From Octopus vulgaris (taxonomy: Eukaryota), in the NCBI GenBank assembly GCA_951406725.2, contig OX597825.1, forward strand, positions 37,820,001 to 37,884,000: a stretch of DNA of 64,000 nt, read 5' to 3'. Shown piece by piece: positions 14,352-27,986 of this stretch; the stretch's first letter is position 1; each line of letters starts with the position of its first letter. A model generated the notes under the pieces. The model saw nothing but the letters and a program-made list of their open reading frames with translations. It did not search any database and was not told the origin of the DNA. A program made the position numbers and the translations under genes.

Positions 14352-14809
14352 TGAAATGCTTTAAGAACTTTAGCACGAATAAAAGGAGGAAAATATTTAC
14401 ATCGTTATCAAAATATACTTTTGTTCGTACAATTCAGAAAGGGAAAATAAATCGACATATATTAATTACCATGATAGTTGTTTTCAAATATTGCGTCTTA
14501 CTCTTAAAAAATTAAAATGGAACTGATTGTTTGGCTTCTTCAGTTAACTGCTAAGTCGTAATAGTGGCCAAGGAGTCATAGGACAGAACCTAATAGGCAA
14601 TACTTTAAATCTTGTAAGAAAACAGGTGAAATTTGAAAACTTCTATCACGAAATTTTCGTTTAATTTAGATTTATCATATTTTTTTCTATTCTGATTACA
14701 TGTTTTAAAACAATTGAAACTAGTCGCATGTTATGATGAAAATGTATAATATTGTGCTCCTTTAATTCATGAAGATCTCAAAGAGTTTTCTCCTTTTGTA
14801 CGTGTGTAA

Positions 14810-15075
14810 TTCAGTAGTGTTCCTAGTATATCTCTCTGAAGGATTCCGCTGTGAGTGGCTGTCTCTTGAGAGAAACATCATTAAATGCAACTGTCTGGTT
14901 TTTCCCTTTCAAAATGCTATGTAGCCAGTCTCCCAGCTTTCCTGTGATAACAAGGCCTCACAGATTGTGATGTATCATCCCATCATACTGCTTGAAAGGA
15001 CTTAGCTACATCGAGATATATCACATACACATTTTAGTGTTTTTTCTGCTGTTTACAACAACCAATACTATGTGT
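14810..15075 (-). pseudogene. LINE (CR1/L2-group) reverse transcriptase fragment, decayed
   Basis: Frameshifted translation VYVIYLDVAKSF...ITGKLGDWLHSILKGK...SGILQRDILGTLL matches the RT motifs YLDFxKAFD and GVPQGSVLGPLL. Confidence 0.8.
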
Positions 15076-15434
15076 ATCTCTTCATCATCTATGTCAGTAC
15101 GCTGATGCATCTTCGTATATTGCTTGACTAAATGCAGACAGATCTCTCAAGTATCACGAAAAAGATCGTAGGTATCACCATTTTATCCAAGTGTGGTCTG
15201 ATGAGTCTAGAAGAGCGGATATATTAAATTTTTCCGCTTTATTTGTGCCACGGCTCTAGTAAATCCGTGCTTTTGTGGGCCACAGCAATAAGGTTATTGG
15301 GTGGATCATACACAGCTTCTATTGAAGCTCAGAGAAGCGTATCCAGTTTCGTTAGTCTTTTAGTCGACGGCATTTTCACTGTACTGATCATTTCCTTCTT
15401 TGTTGTGTGTGGCAATTTGTCGTTTGTTCGTAGG

Positions 15435-15597
15435 TGAAGATAGAGGCAGTGAGAGACAATGAGAGAGAGGTAGCGAAGGAATAATGGGGAATTGAGAGAA
15501 GAGAATAATGGGGAATCTCAGTCAAGAGAGGGAAAAGAACAATAAAAGAGAGAACGAAGAGAGCATGTAGAGGTGGATAGAAAAGAGAATTCACGGG

Positions 15598-15645
<48 letters not shown>

Positions 15646-16290
15646 ATAGATGAGGTTATTAGAGGAGGGAGAGATTTGAGTCAGTTAAGAACACCAGAGG
15701 GTGATATAGGAAACAAAATGGAAGCTAAGAGAGGAGAATTAGAGGAGGCTTAGTGGAGTGTGAGAGGGGACAGACTGTGGAGTGCGAGAGAGGAGAATAA
15801 ATAAATATATGAGGGGTTAAGAGAGGGAGGCTGAGAGAAGAGAGGAAATGGAAGTTGTGCAGGAAGGCATGAGGATAGAGAAGAGGGAAAATAAGATGAG
15901 AAAGTTGAGGTGATAGAGAGCGAGAGAGGAGAGAAAGTGTTGGTGGGAGGAGAGGGCAGATGGAGGGCGAGAGAGCATATGGTGGATCAAAAAGGGGAGC
16001 AGATGAATATGCGATGGGCATAGAGTAATTTTTTGTGAGCCACAGTGGGGCTGTAAATTTTTGTGGGGAAGAAAGGGCAGAAAGGGAAGAGCGGATGAAA
16101 GACAGCGGTGAGAGCAACTAGAAGAGAGAGTAGGATAAATGTGGATTGGAGATTTAGTGAATATTAGAAAGGATAAATGAGAGAAATAGATCGAGAATGA
16201 TGTGCGTGAAAGGATAGGACGATTGGGGAGAGAGAGGTAAAGAGAAATACTCGATGGCTGAGAGAGATGAAGGGGAAAGAGAACTGAAGT
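15435..16290. repeat. Purine-rich (GA) low-complexity tract
   Basis: ~850 bp strongly G/A biased, including (GA)n. Confidence 0.85.
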
Positions 16291-16559
16291 GAGGTACTCT
16301 AAATACAGAAACAATTTTAGTAATTATGGAAGGATATGCATCTCTTTATTTGCGTATACACACACATATATTTATGTACACGCACAATACATATATCTAT
16401 ACAGGGAAGGGAGAGCAAGCGGGAAAGGTAATGGAAAGGGTGGGGAGAGAAGAAAAGGTATCTACAGAAATATCTCCGTGGAAGATATTTCTTCGAAATG
16501 GGATCGTGCAAATTTTTGGGAAATTTTGTAATGTATATATATCTATATATCATAATAAA

Positions 16560-16840
16560 GAGTCAATGACCATGAAACTGCACCTAGAAAGTTCCTCTCC
16601 GAGGCAGAAGTCTGGGGAAGGTTGCTTATGGAAGACCAGCAGTTGCCCATGCATGCTAGTTTGCTCTTTCCCATGCCATCGATGATATCCAAGGGAAATG
16701 CAAAGGCTGATACTGCTAGGTACCAGTGACGTCGCAACTCATTTCTACGGCTGAGTAAACTAGAGCAACTTGAAATACAGTATCTTGCTCCAGATCACAA
16801 CACACAGCTTGGCCGAGCCACTAAACCATGCGCCTTCACA
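16560..16840 (-). mobile_element. Family 3 SINE-like element (related copies at 45065-45155 and 63820-64000)
   Basis: Minus strand begins GTGAAGGCGCATGGTTTAGTGG and has CORE-like GAGCAAGATACTGTATTTC; shares GCACCTAGAAAG and CAGTGACGTC(G/A)CAACT with the other copies. Confidence 0.7.
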
Positions 16841-17195
16841 ATATATGTGCGTTTGTATATATATTTGTGAGTGAGTATGTGTGTGTGCGCGTGTGTCTGT
16901 GTGTGCATGTGTGTGTGCGCGTATGTATCTGTGCGTGCGCGCGTGTATGCATGTGTGAGCGTGATTAATTAATTAGTTTCGCCTGAAAATCCTGAAAGTT
17001 GTATATAGCATATTTGTTTATTACAAAAGATATCAAATTAAGCTATTGTTATCTTTAGCTGATGCACGATAATCAGTAATATGTAGTCACAACTAAAACG
17101 ATTTTAACTTAAGATTCTGCTTCGTCATAAATTTCAATATTGATTTGAACAACAATTTCGTACGTTTGTTCCTGTTAATATTCTAAGAACGTAAG

Positions 17196-17390
17196 ATGGC
17201 GAACTGATTGAATCGTTATCTCGCATTTCACAGTCTTTCCATTCTGAGTTCATATACCGACGTGAACGATTTTGCTTTTCATCATTCCAGGTTTGATAAA
17301 ATGAGTACGAATTGAGCAATGGGATCGATGAAAGTAAACTTATTTTACCTTCCCAAACTTGCTGTCCTTGTGCAAAAAATTGTAACTAAA
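17196..17390 (+). mobile_element. Degenerate family 2 SINE
   Basis: GGCGAACTGATTGAATCGTTA...TTCTGAGTTCATATACCG...TTTTGCTTTTCATC. Confidence 0.6.
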
Positions 17391-18560
17391 ATTCTGAGGA
17401 AGTAAATATTACCATGTAATTGGTTTAGAAGTATTTCGAAGTTTCCGAAAACAAGTAGTTTTGTCGAAAATTTTACATCTAATACTTAAACCTTGTAATT
17501 TGCTGAAGATTCCCTCAATGTTATATATTAATTTCATAATATACTATTTCATCAGTTTTATAATATATATATTATTTCACTCAATTGTTAGTTATTTCGA
17601 ACTATTTCCAATTTTCTTAGAGATTTTCAGGACAAAGCAGATACACGCGTTAGCAGCTAATCACCATTTCGTATATATATTAGTAACAATCAATATAAGT
17701 ATGTGTACTTACTTGTAATTGTTTCTGTGTATGTGCATTTATACTTACAAAGGAATGAGATATTTAGAGTTTCCATGTGCTGCCTATTCAAATTCAATTT
17801 TGAAAGTGAAATTTAGCAGAATAAATTAACATACAATCGTCACGAATTGCAGTAGTCTAGATTATCTCCCCAACTTGTTGATAAGATAGCCTGTGCTGAA
17901 GACCCTGGATACGATATCCAATCGGCTAAAATGCATTTACTCGAGAAAGACAGCGGGCGCAGTGTGGAGAGGAGAGAGAATATATATTTATATATATATA
18001 TATATATATATATACTTATATGTACATATATAATACATATCTGTATAACATATACCTATATATAATACACGCACACACACATATATATTTGTATGCATAT
18101 TTACAGGGAGAGAGAGAGGGAGAGGAAGAGAGAGATACACAGAGTTGAGATAGTGGTTGGAAATAAGAATTATAATGCAACGAAGATGAACAAGGATAAG
18201 GCCTTTAAGCAGATATTTCGATAAAGAAACAATGTTGAGGAGATAGATTATTCTCAGACGAGAAAGCCAGATAAAAGATATATTTTGAAATAGTTGGAGT
18301 GGTAGATAAAGAAGCAGGTGTCGAATGAAAGAGGGGTGAAAGCATAAAGAAGATGAGAAAAATCAGAAAACTCGAGCACAATCTGTAGAGTTTAAAAGTT
18401 AAAGACGATCACGGAGATATGCTATCACAGACATTTAATTCGTACAAGACGGAGAGAGAGTAAAAGAGATATAGAGAGAAAAGCGGAATATATAATGTGA
18501 GATAGAAAGTGAAATAGCTCGACAGAGAGATGAAGACACAAACAGCAGCAGAAATACGTG

Positions 18561-18604
<44 letters not shown>

Positions 18605-18704
18605 TATAAACATATGTATATGCATGCACACACATTTACGTGTATGTATATATATATATTAACACATGTATATACACGCACACACATATACATGTATGTA
18701 TATA

Positions 18705-18755
<51 letters not shown>

Positions 18756-19476
18756 GCACACATATACATATATTTGTATATATATATATATAGGTATATA
18801 TATATATATATACATTCATATATGTTTACATATACATATATATATATATACAATATTCATATATATACACACATACATATATGTATATCTATCTTTATAT
18901 ATATAATATATATTCATATATATATGCATACATATATTTATGTATATATATGTTTTTTGTATGTATGTATGTTGTGATTGTGGGTTGGTGAGAGTGCGTG
19001 CAAGTGGGCGAGCTACGGTAAGAGTAGGAATGGCGATTGTTGAGAGAGAAAGAATGAATAAATTGACAAATCAGATCATTGTATTGTAACGAACAATTGG
19101 CCTAGCCACCGTTTAAGCAGCAAACAAGAGAACCACTTCCACTTTGCAAACTGCAGCCTACTTTGATCGATCTTTCTTACAAATGTTGCATGCTTCGTTA
19201 TTCATTCATGCCGACTGATCCTAACATAGATTCTAGAGCTTTCTAAGCGTTAAGCTTACGCACACCTGCCGTACTCCATTAGCGATTTTACTGAAAACAG
19301 ACATGAGTAGAGAAAGCACAGTACCAGAGCTGGTTTGCTGATTAGACCTAATTCATCAAAATTCAGAACACATTCATCCATACATAAGTGCATATGCACA
19401 CACGCTAATATGTGTAAGCATGCATAAGTATACATTCGTATAGATTTATACATGTTTGTATACATTCATATACACA

Positions 19477-19527
<51 letters not shown>

Positions 19528-19881
19528 TGTATATAAATGTATATGAATGTATACATATACATATAATATATATAAATGTGTATGTGTATACAAAGGCAAA
19601 AACTCGCGGTTGCATGTGTTTATACATACAAGCAAAATACACACATATATGAATGTATATAATGATATTAATTGGTTCTTCTAGGCATACTTTATTACCG
19701 ACATGCATACATAGTAAACACGCGAAATAGTAGGGGGACATATGAAATCGATATTCATAGAACAAAAGATGGTAAGTGATGTATTTCATGAATAAAAATG
19801 TCTGCTCTGCATGCTTTTATATGTCTCAATGTACATGTATGTATGTATATATATATATATATATATATGCATGTATGTATG

Positions 19882-20005
<124 letters not shown>

Positions 20006-20814
20006 TGTATCGTATGATATATATGTATATGCATATATAATATATAACCAATACATTCACTGTTATATATATAAGGTATTGGTATCTAGAAGACCCAAAG
20101 ACAATCTTGTAATGTTAAGTAAGTCTATGGGCAGACCGTAGTTACACTCTTTTTTCGATAGTGGTGAGTGAAAAGAAAATAAGAAAGAGTGAAACAAGTG
20201 CGAAACGAATGTTAGTTGGTGGTCAAGATAATGTGAGGGGAAGATGTGAAAGAAGTGGGGGAGGGGTGGAAGGAATCACTAAGTTTGAGTAGGGGTGATA
20301 AGGTATATGTGGGATGATACCAAAGTGAGTAGCTGTTTTAGTAGCAAAATATAAAGCGGAATGAAGAATATAAGGGACTCAAATTTCTATAAATAGACTA
20401 TGTGATAGGTTAGTGTAATAGGCAGGAATCAGAGAGGAGGAACTAAGGCATAATGACATACGTACGCGCGCACATACGTACATACACATGTGCGCACATG
20501 CATACAAGCATATACACACACATATATATACATTCGCATATACATACGCATATACATACACATATGCAAACACGTGCACGCTCACGCGCATCCATAGACG
20601 TATTGATACACGCATATGCGTGCGCATGCGTATACATGTTCATGCATACGCACATACATTTGCGCAGGCACACACGCGCTTACACACAGTCATACTCACG
20701 CGCAGATACAGGTACTTATGAATACATATGTACATATATGTACACTCATGTGCATTTCTATATACATATGCATATACATATTCATACACACATATATATA
20801 TATATATGTGCGTG

Positions 20815-20846
<32 letters not shown>

Positions 20847-21070
20847 CCCACATACATATTCATACATACAATTTGTGCACACACATTTACACACACACCC
20901 ATGTATCCGCTTGTATGTCCATATATGTAGTATTAAATGACTGAGATCCTTAATGTAAGATAGGCGAGATAAAAAAAATTATAGAATAAAAATTCAAAAT
21001 TCAAATGGAGATAGAGTTAAGTAAGGTTGTTGGGGATTACCTAGGGGTGCTGTTGATATATGCTGTGTGG

Positions 21071-21480
21071 TTATTTATTTAGGTTACATTTAGATTTCTG
21101 GTAAAAGTTGAAGGTATGTAAAAAGCGGTGGTTACATGTACTTAAGCTCTTATCATATTTATTTATTAGTGTGGAATGCCTCTTTTAGGCATAACTTACA
21201 GGCTAAGCGTTGACCTTGGTATGAAAGCCCTGAATCTATTATGGACCATGACAAAATGTTGGGAATTTCAATTTTTGAGATGATGTATGTGACAGGCGAG
21301 TACTATGGATTTACTGTTTCTTGTATCTAAAAGAGCGGGATATCTTGATTTAACATTTATGGTACTATATATATAGCTGTTGAATTGTGTAATCTGCTGA
21401 GGATGGTGCATTTATAAATTACATTAGATCTTCTACAATGGGTTTGTAGACGGCAGATGGACCCAAGATGGCAGTTAGAA
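21071..21480 (-). pseudogene. Penelope-like element GIY-YIG endonuclease C-terminal domain, decayed
   Basis: Manual translation across frameshifts: SNCHLGSICRLQTHCRRSNVIYKCTI...AIYIV / SIVLACHIHHLKN / LSWSIIDSGLSYQGQRLACKLCLKEAFH / STCNHRF; fits the PLE pattern CxC..C..C..VIY..YIG..HIW.LK..W.I..CxLCLxE..CxH. Confidence 0.8.
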
Positions 21481-22254
21481 GTGGGTGTATTTTAGGGATT
21501 ATTTTCAGGAATGGAAAAGGTGATACTGTTAGATGAGAGGTTAGAGATGGGGGTAGGACGGTTTAAGTTATTAGTATTATTATTACTATTATCGTTATTA
21601 TTGTGTGGTTGTTAATGATACTATCTGTAACGGTGAACTTCTGGTAGTATATGTACGTATGTGCGCGCTTTCGAATGTCATTATATCTTCTTTCTTCCTC
21701 TCTGATTCCTACCAATCTCATACGTCTATTTATAGAAATTTGACATACTTATATACTTCCCTCCACTTAAATCTTCTTTCTTATTTTCTTTTCACTCTTT
21801 TCACTTTTTTGTTCTCTCTGTTCTTTTCACTCTCTTTTTATTATTTTTGTCCTTATTTCCTCGTTCTTCCTCTCATTTTCACTTCCTGTCTTCACTTTGA
21901 CCTATTTCATTCTAATCATACACATCTCTCCCCCAACCCCGATGCTACCAATACATTCTCAAATTTTCATTCACACAACAAAACCTCTTCGATTGAGCAA
22001 CACAAAATCCACGGCTCCAAAATGAGGAATGATTAAACTTGAACTACTATTGAAACTTACATACCATGTGCAGGAAACTTTTCACCACTTCTATACACCC
22101 CTTTACTCGAATAATGGAACAGCAACAACAATGTTATATATTTTACTCCTACTTTCATTCTCTTATTTCCTTCTATATTCCTTATGTCCTCCTATTCCAA
22201 AATAATTCCTTATTTCGAATTCAAACAATTACCTCTATTTAAACATCTCTCATC

Positions 22255-22302
22255 GTCTCTGATGAAGGGATGTCCGTAATATCCCAGAAACCGATGTAAG
22301 AC
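22255..22302 (+). ncRNA. Minimal type I hammerhead ribozyme motif in a PLE-like 3' end that runs into (TA)n at ~22379
   Basis: Helix I GTCT/AGAC; CTGATGA 22259-22265; helix II GGGATG/TATCCC; GAAAC-CGAT-GTA, predicted cut after 22298. Confidence 0.8.
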
Positions 22303-22378
22303 TATATCTACATCACTTTCCTCATAAATGTTCTGAAACCACGTGACAGCCTTGACTTTGTTATCTTTTTGTCGTCCA

Positions 22379-22436
<58 letters not shown>

Positions 22437-22557
22437 CTGTGTATATAATGTATATGTATATATATACATATATATACATATCTATATATTCATATATATA
22501 TAGATATTCATACATATATATATACATATATAAATACATAAACATATACATAGAGAT

Positions 22558-22613
<56 letters not shown>

Positions 22614-22742
22614 TACATAACTGAAAGCATTAGTCACGACGGAATATGTGGAAAGGTTGTGTTGTGCAATCCAGAAAATGTACGTGTGAAAGGACTGTGA
22701 CTCTTCCCCATACATGCTTACATTGCGTAAACATTCCTCTCA

Positions 22743-22789
<47 letters not shown>

Positions 22790-23065
22790 ATATTAGGGAA
22801 TAAATCCAAATTTACAAGGAAAAATCAGATTTAAGATTGAATCCAATTTTATAATGAAATATTATATTATATCAAATTAGAGACAAAACCACTATTATGC
22901 AAATCAAACAAAGAAAGACTTAAGCCAATACATAAAATAATTTATATACATTAAAATTTAACATATGAATAACCACTTAAATTTTAATTTATATAAATTA
23001 TTTTATGTATTGGCTTAAGTCTTTCTTTGTTTGATTTGCATAATAGTGGTTTTGTCTCTAATTTG

Positions 23066-23068
<3 letters not shown>
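22790..23068 (-). mobile_element. Fold-back element D1 (arms 22870-22961 / 22977-23068, tail 22790-22869) inside (TA)n
   Basis: 92-bp near-perfect arms, 15-nt spacer; same family as 58199-58537. Confidence 0.88.
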
Positions 23069-23115
<47 letters not shown>

Positions 23116-23213
23116 CATATATGCATGTATATATGTATATATACATATAGATGTCGGTATGTACATATATGTATGTATGTATGCATATGTTTTATTTATT
23201 AAATTGTTACTAC

Positions 23214-23248
<35 letters not shown>

Positions 23249-23514
23249 TTCATATATATATAATCACTCACTCTCTTCTGGCAGTCTGTGGTTGCAATTT
23301 CAAATGTTCTTTTTTTTGTACGAAGAATTGTGTTTCTGTGTATTCATGTGTTCAGCTAAACACCTGAATGCGCTTGCGTGTGTATGTTACAACGGAAAGT
23401 AACACCTTGTGTTTGTTTGGTTTAAGGCTCACGTGCTCTGGAGTTTGAGATTACTAATTATCAAAATATATTTTCACACAACTTTCCTCAACAGAATGAT
23501 TTTTTTCGATTTTG

Positions 23515-23685
23515 TTACTGGTCTGCAATTTGTGGGGAGGAAGTAAGGCGATTCCATCGACCTCAGTGTTCAACTTATTTTAACTACTGCGAAAGGATGA
23601 GAGTCTAAGTCGACCTAGGCGGAATTCGAACTCGAAACGTGGTGACAGAAGAAATGTCGCTATACATTCTGCCAGTTCGCAACCT
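23515..23685 (-). mobile_element. Degenerate family 2 SINE
   Basis: GAAAGGATGA...AAGTCGACCTAGGCGGAATTCGAACTC...TTCTGCCAGTTCGC. Confidence 0.7.
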
Positions 23686-25886
23686 TACTTCTCTCAATAG
23701 TATAATGTATGTTGTTGCTTCGCCTAGGCTCTCTTGTCTGAAGAAGCGACTGCCATACTATGATACATTTAAGCCAGTCTAACTGAACCGGATTAAATGT
23801 GTCATAGCGCCCTACGTTTTTTGAATTTTTTTTACTCTTGTTCGTAACTTAAAGAGCATATATATATATAAGTGCTCGAGTGTGTATGGGTGTGCGTGTG
23901 CGTGTGTGCGTATATATGTGTGTATTTATGTGTGTGATTACTAGAGTAGACATTCAGGTAATCAGGTAAGCTTTCTCATTTATATATCGTATATACACCA
24001 TTGGAATACAAGCATATATAATTATTAGCAATAATTTTAATAGCTCAATTCGCACTTTCATTACTTATCGATAAAGGCAAATCAATTTTGACAAACCGAG
24101 GTCTGGTATGTAGAACTTGAATAGCACATTAAAAGTGAAAATATTGTTTTTCCATATCAATTATTGCATCAGACATAAAGTGGATGTTTTTGTATAGAAA
24201 AGTTCATCATCAGTCTATCGTAATAACTGACATAATATATTCCTGTTTTGGAAAGTAACATGAAAATAAGTAGTATGAAGAAACACTCTACATTTTGAAA
24301 GTGATATCCTTTTATATAATATCCATTTACGTAAGTTCCGCTAACCGATATTTATAAATTGACTAGCAACATATTTTCTAATTTTTCTCCGTTCAGCTAT
24401 AAGTTGAGAATGGAAATTATATTGTTTCCCATAATTTTGTTTTGTTTTGAATGTGTCAAAGCTGCGACGTTCTTTGGAGGATATTTGCATTCATATTGTG
24501 AAATTCCTGGAACCTACTTTCTTTTTGATTCCTTACAAATCCGAAAAAAAAAATGATCTCTCTTTTCGGATTTTTTACCAAGGAATATGGAAGCAGAATT
24601 TTGGCTTTAGATTAGAGTGAATGAATTTATTCTCAGTATAAAACTTATCTAATTCCTGATAGATATTATACGTACATCCGGACTACTAAAGCCTATGTTT
24701 ACACAATAATATTTCTTATTGTTATGATCCACCTCACTAATCCTTTCTTGTAGAAGAAAGCTTATCATTTATTAATGCCATACTGTAGTTTACTAATTCT
24801 TTGTTTTCATATCTGGCCATCTAATTCTTTGTGATTTGATACAGTTTACTAATTCCTGATTTTGAACCATAGTTTACTAATACCTATTGAATTCTTTCTC
24901 TTTTATTAATTCCCAGTTTGATAAGCTAGCTTATAAATTCTTTGCTTATTTCTGGATTACAATGCAGTGTTAGGCTGTAAGTAATCAACTCTAAGATCGG
25001 CAATGTGGCTTATCACTTTTTGAAGTAAGGTTTGAATTTATTAATATCTATGCTATTGATTTCATTCCTAACGTATCAATATTATCTTGTTACATTCTCG
25101 AGTTTTTAAATTTAAGTTAGTCTTTTATTGAGCCACTCAGTAAGACACTTCAGCACATGTTTACTCATATTACATGTAGAATATGTAAGCGGTTTATTAT
25201 AAATTTACATTGTAATATATTGCTGTGGTTAATACAAAAGCAACTGACCATCAAGCAATATTGAACAGAATTAATATAATCATTTACCATATTCTTATGA
25301 ATATGTATTCCTTTTGATATACCTCTATAGAATAACCTTGCTTTAGCATGTATATTTAATGTTATCTTTCAGCTACGGTGATTGCACTCTAATATCATCA
25401 CCCGGGAATTTGGGAATCTGCTCCCCATTAATTTGAAACAGTATTAATTCAATGCCACAACCAACAGAGACTAAATAAATTATAAGTTGAGAGTGAAAAC
25501 TTTTTCACAATAACTTAAACAAATATTAGTTAGATCCTTTCCACTACAGCGTATACTAACATTACATTGGTGCTTTAGCAAGCAACATCGCTCATTGTGT
25601 ACAAGCATGCATATGCACATACACATACAGATATTATTTTTGATATACATGCATATATATATATATATATATATATAGCAATAATAAATCTCTGAACGAG
25701 ATATATATATAAGTGTGTGTGTGTGTCTGCACATGCGTTGTTTTGAAAATGATTTAAGTTTCATTAGAATTTCAGCGTATGAAAAATATCTCGAATATTC
25801 TGGCAGTCGCCAGTAACACACAGTTTCGCCTTAGTTTACAAGAAAGAATGCCAACAACGACTGTACATCAAACACAATGCTAAGGT

Positions 25887-25917
<31 letters not shown>

Positions 25918-25993
25918 ACATACATACACGCAAGATACACATATCTATATATGGGAGTATATGTGTGTGAGTGTGTGTGTATATATATATATA

Positions 25994-26546
25994 TACGAGC
26001 AAAACGCCCCTCGTCCAATAGACAGTGCTGTATCATATCTGCTGAATAAAACGCAATCAGTGTTTTCTTTTCATTAAAAAATAATTAAGCATGCCTTTAT
26101 TTCAATAAAATTTTTGGTTTTGTTAAACAAAGTTTAGGCAAAAAAAAAAAAACTTCTTGAGACACACAATAGCCTTTCCTTCCTTCATGCCAAGTTTGAA
26201 GAAAGTATCACTGTTGCATCCTACTTTTTCGGTCTCTTAAATATACTGCATTTTGTGGCATTATTTGAAGCCAGCCGGCTTTTTTTGCGCAAACTGCACG
26301 TGCGTTTTTCTCGCGTACGCGTAGTGTCCATCGCAACAGCTGATGTACATGCGCATCCAAATGCACGTTCCCACGGTTTTATCGATCGCATTCTCACCTC
26401 GAATCAATTTTTAGTTTTTTTAAGACTTATACACGCCCTGATACCTTCGTTATCTACATATCAAGTTTGAGTGCAATCGGTTGGAGGATGCTCGAGATCC
26501 TAGAAGACAGACATACAGACAGACAGAACGGATTTTATATAATAGA
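25994..26546 (+). mobile_element. Helentron/DINE-1-like non-autonomous element
   Basis: Repeated CAAGTTTGA motifs, subterminal (CAGA)n, end GGATTTTATATAATAGAT, set in (TA)n; similar pieces at ~42060-42470 and ~50655-50700. Confidence 0.5.
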
Positions 26547-27304
26547 TATATATATGTATATATATTTATATATATGTACACATATGTATATATAGATGTA
26601 TATAAGGACACACACATACATACATATATATATTTATATATATATATATATATATATATGTACGTATTTGCATACATAGAGTGAATATTATATATTGTAT
26701 TACTTTCTCATAGAACGCCGAAAGATGACTGTGTCGCATAAGACATTATATTATAGAGAATAGATATAATTTCATAATAAGTATCGATTACATAAGTATT
26801 CTTTATTAAATAAACGAAAAACCTACGTTTTAGAATATATATCATTGCCTTAGAAATGAGGCGATCGAACGCTGTATTTGTTATGTTTTTGTCTGAAGAA
26901 GATTACACAGTGAAATACATTAATTTTTCGTAATTAGATAAATAATAATATTTACTTGGAGAACAAATAAGAACTTAAAGAAAAACACCACAAAACAACA
27001 GAAGCAGATAAAAGAAGTACTCAAAATAATAAGAAATCGAATTAGGCAAACAAGAGTAAATTGACGATCATTAAATAAAAGTGTCTCAAAGGAAAATACG
27101 TGAGAATCTCGCACGAAACTTGTAAACACCAATTAAATATTGATTTAATTTAGAGACAGAACACCTTAAATTAATAGAAACTCGGGTAAAATGTGTAGTA
27201 TCTTCACCTCTCGGAAGTTATTGTAGCGTAAACGAATTGGAAATGTAACAGTACAAGAAATGAACTCTCGTGAGCAGACACACACACATACATACATACA
27301 TACA

Positions 27305-27370
<66 letters not shown>

Positions 27371-27557
27371 ATACATGTATATACATGTATGTTCTTGCAT
27401 GTGTGTGTGGGTGGAAGCATATGTATATATATGTGTTTATGTGCTTCCATACACAACACCCGTATACTTACTTACACACACGTTCACGCGCGCGCATATA
27501 TATATATATATATATTTAACAGAATCAGAACCAAGCAGTAATAATGCATACGCGAAA

Positions 27558-27986
27558 TTTAGGTTAGTTAAAATGTATGTGACACATTTCAAGTTCTAAA
27601 TGTAATTCTACTGTTGTTACCGCGCAGGAAAAATTCTCTGTTAGGTTAAAATGTGTAAAATACCATATCTGCCCATAGCTGCTCTGTATTGGATTCCCAC
27701 GCTCAGAGTTTCTGCCTCTTTGGTCTACCTAAATGGAAAATGCTGCAGAGAGGTAATTCTCACTAGATTTAAAGCCGCAGCTTTAACTAAATACAGTCAA
27801 CAACATTGACTAAGTTGCTCTGTTGGACCACCCGGTTGGGAGAATTCGCAATAGAGCGCAACACAGGGCTGGCACGGAATTTTTACACCTTTTACCACAA
27901 AAGAGAATTCTTTTTTCAGCGGCAACTCTAGTGAATTTGCCTTTAGAATTTCAGATATGTTACAAACATATTTTAACTAAGATAAA
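27558..27986. mobile_element. Old diverged fold-back/MITE-like element with ~140-bp imperfect inverted ends
   Basis: TTAGTTAAAAT...AATTCTCT...TGTAAAA...GCCC...TATTG mirrored by CAATA...GGGC...TTTTACA...AGAGAATT...ATTTTAACTAA. Confidence 0.65.

Noticed and set aside
15195-15270. CTGATGA followed by a hairpin
   Set aside because: No GAAA-helix III-UH arrangement downstream.
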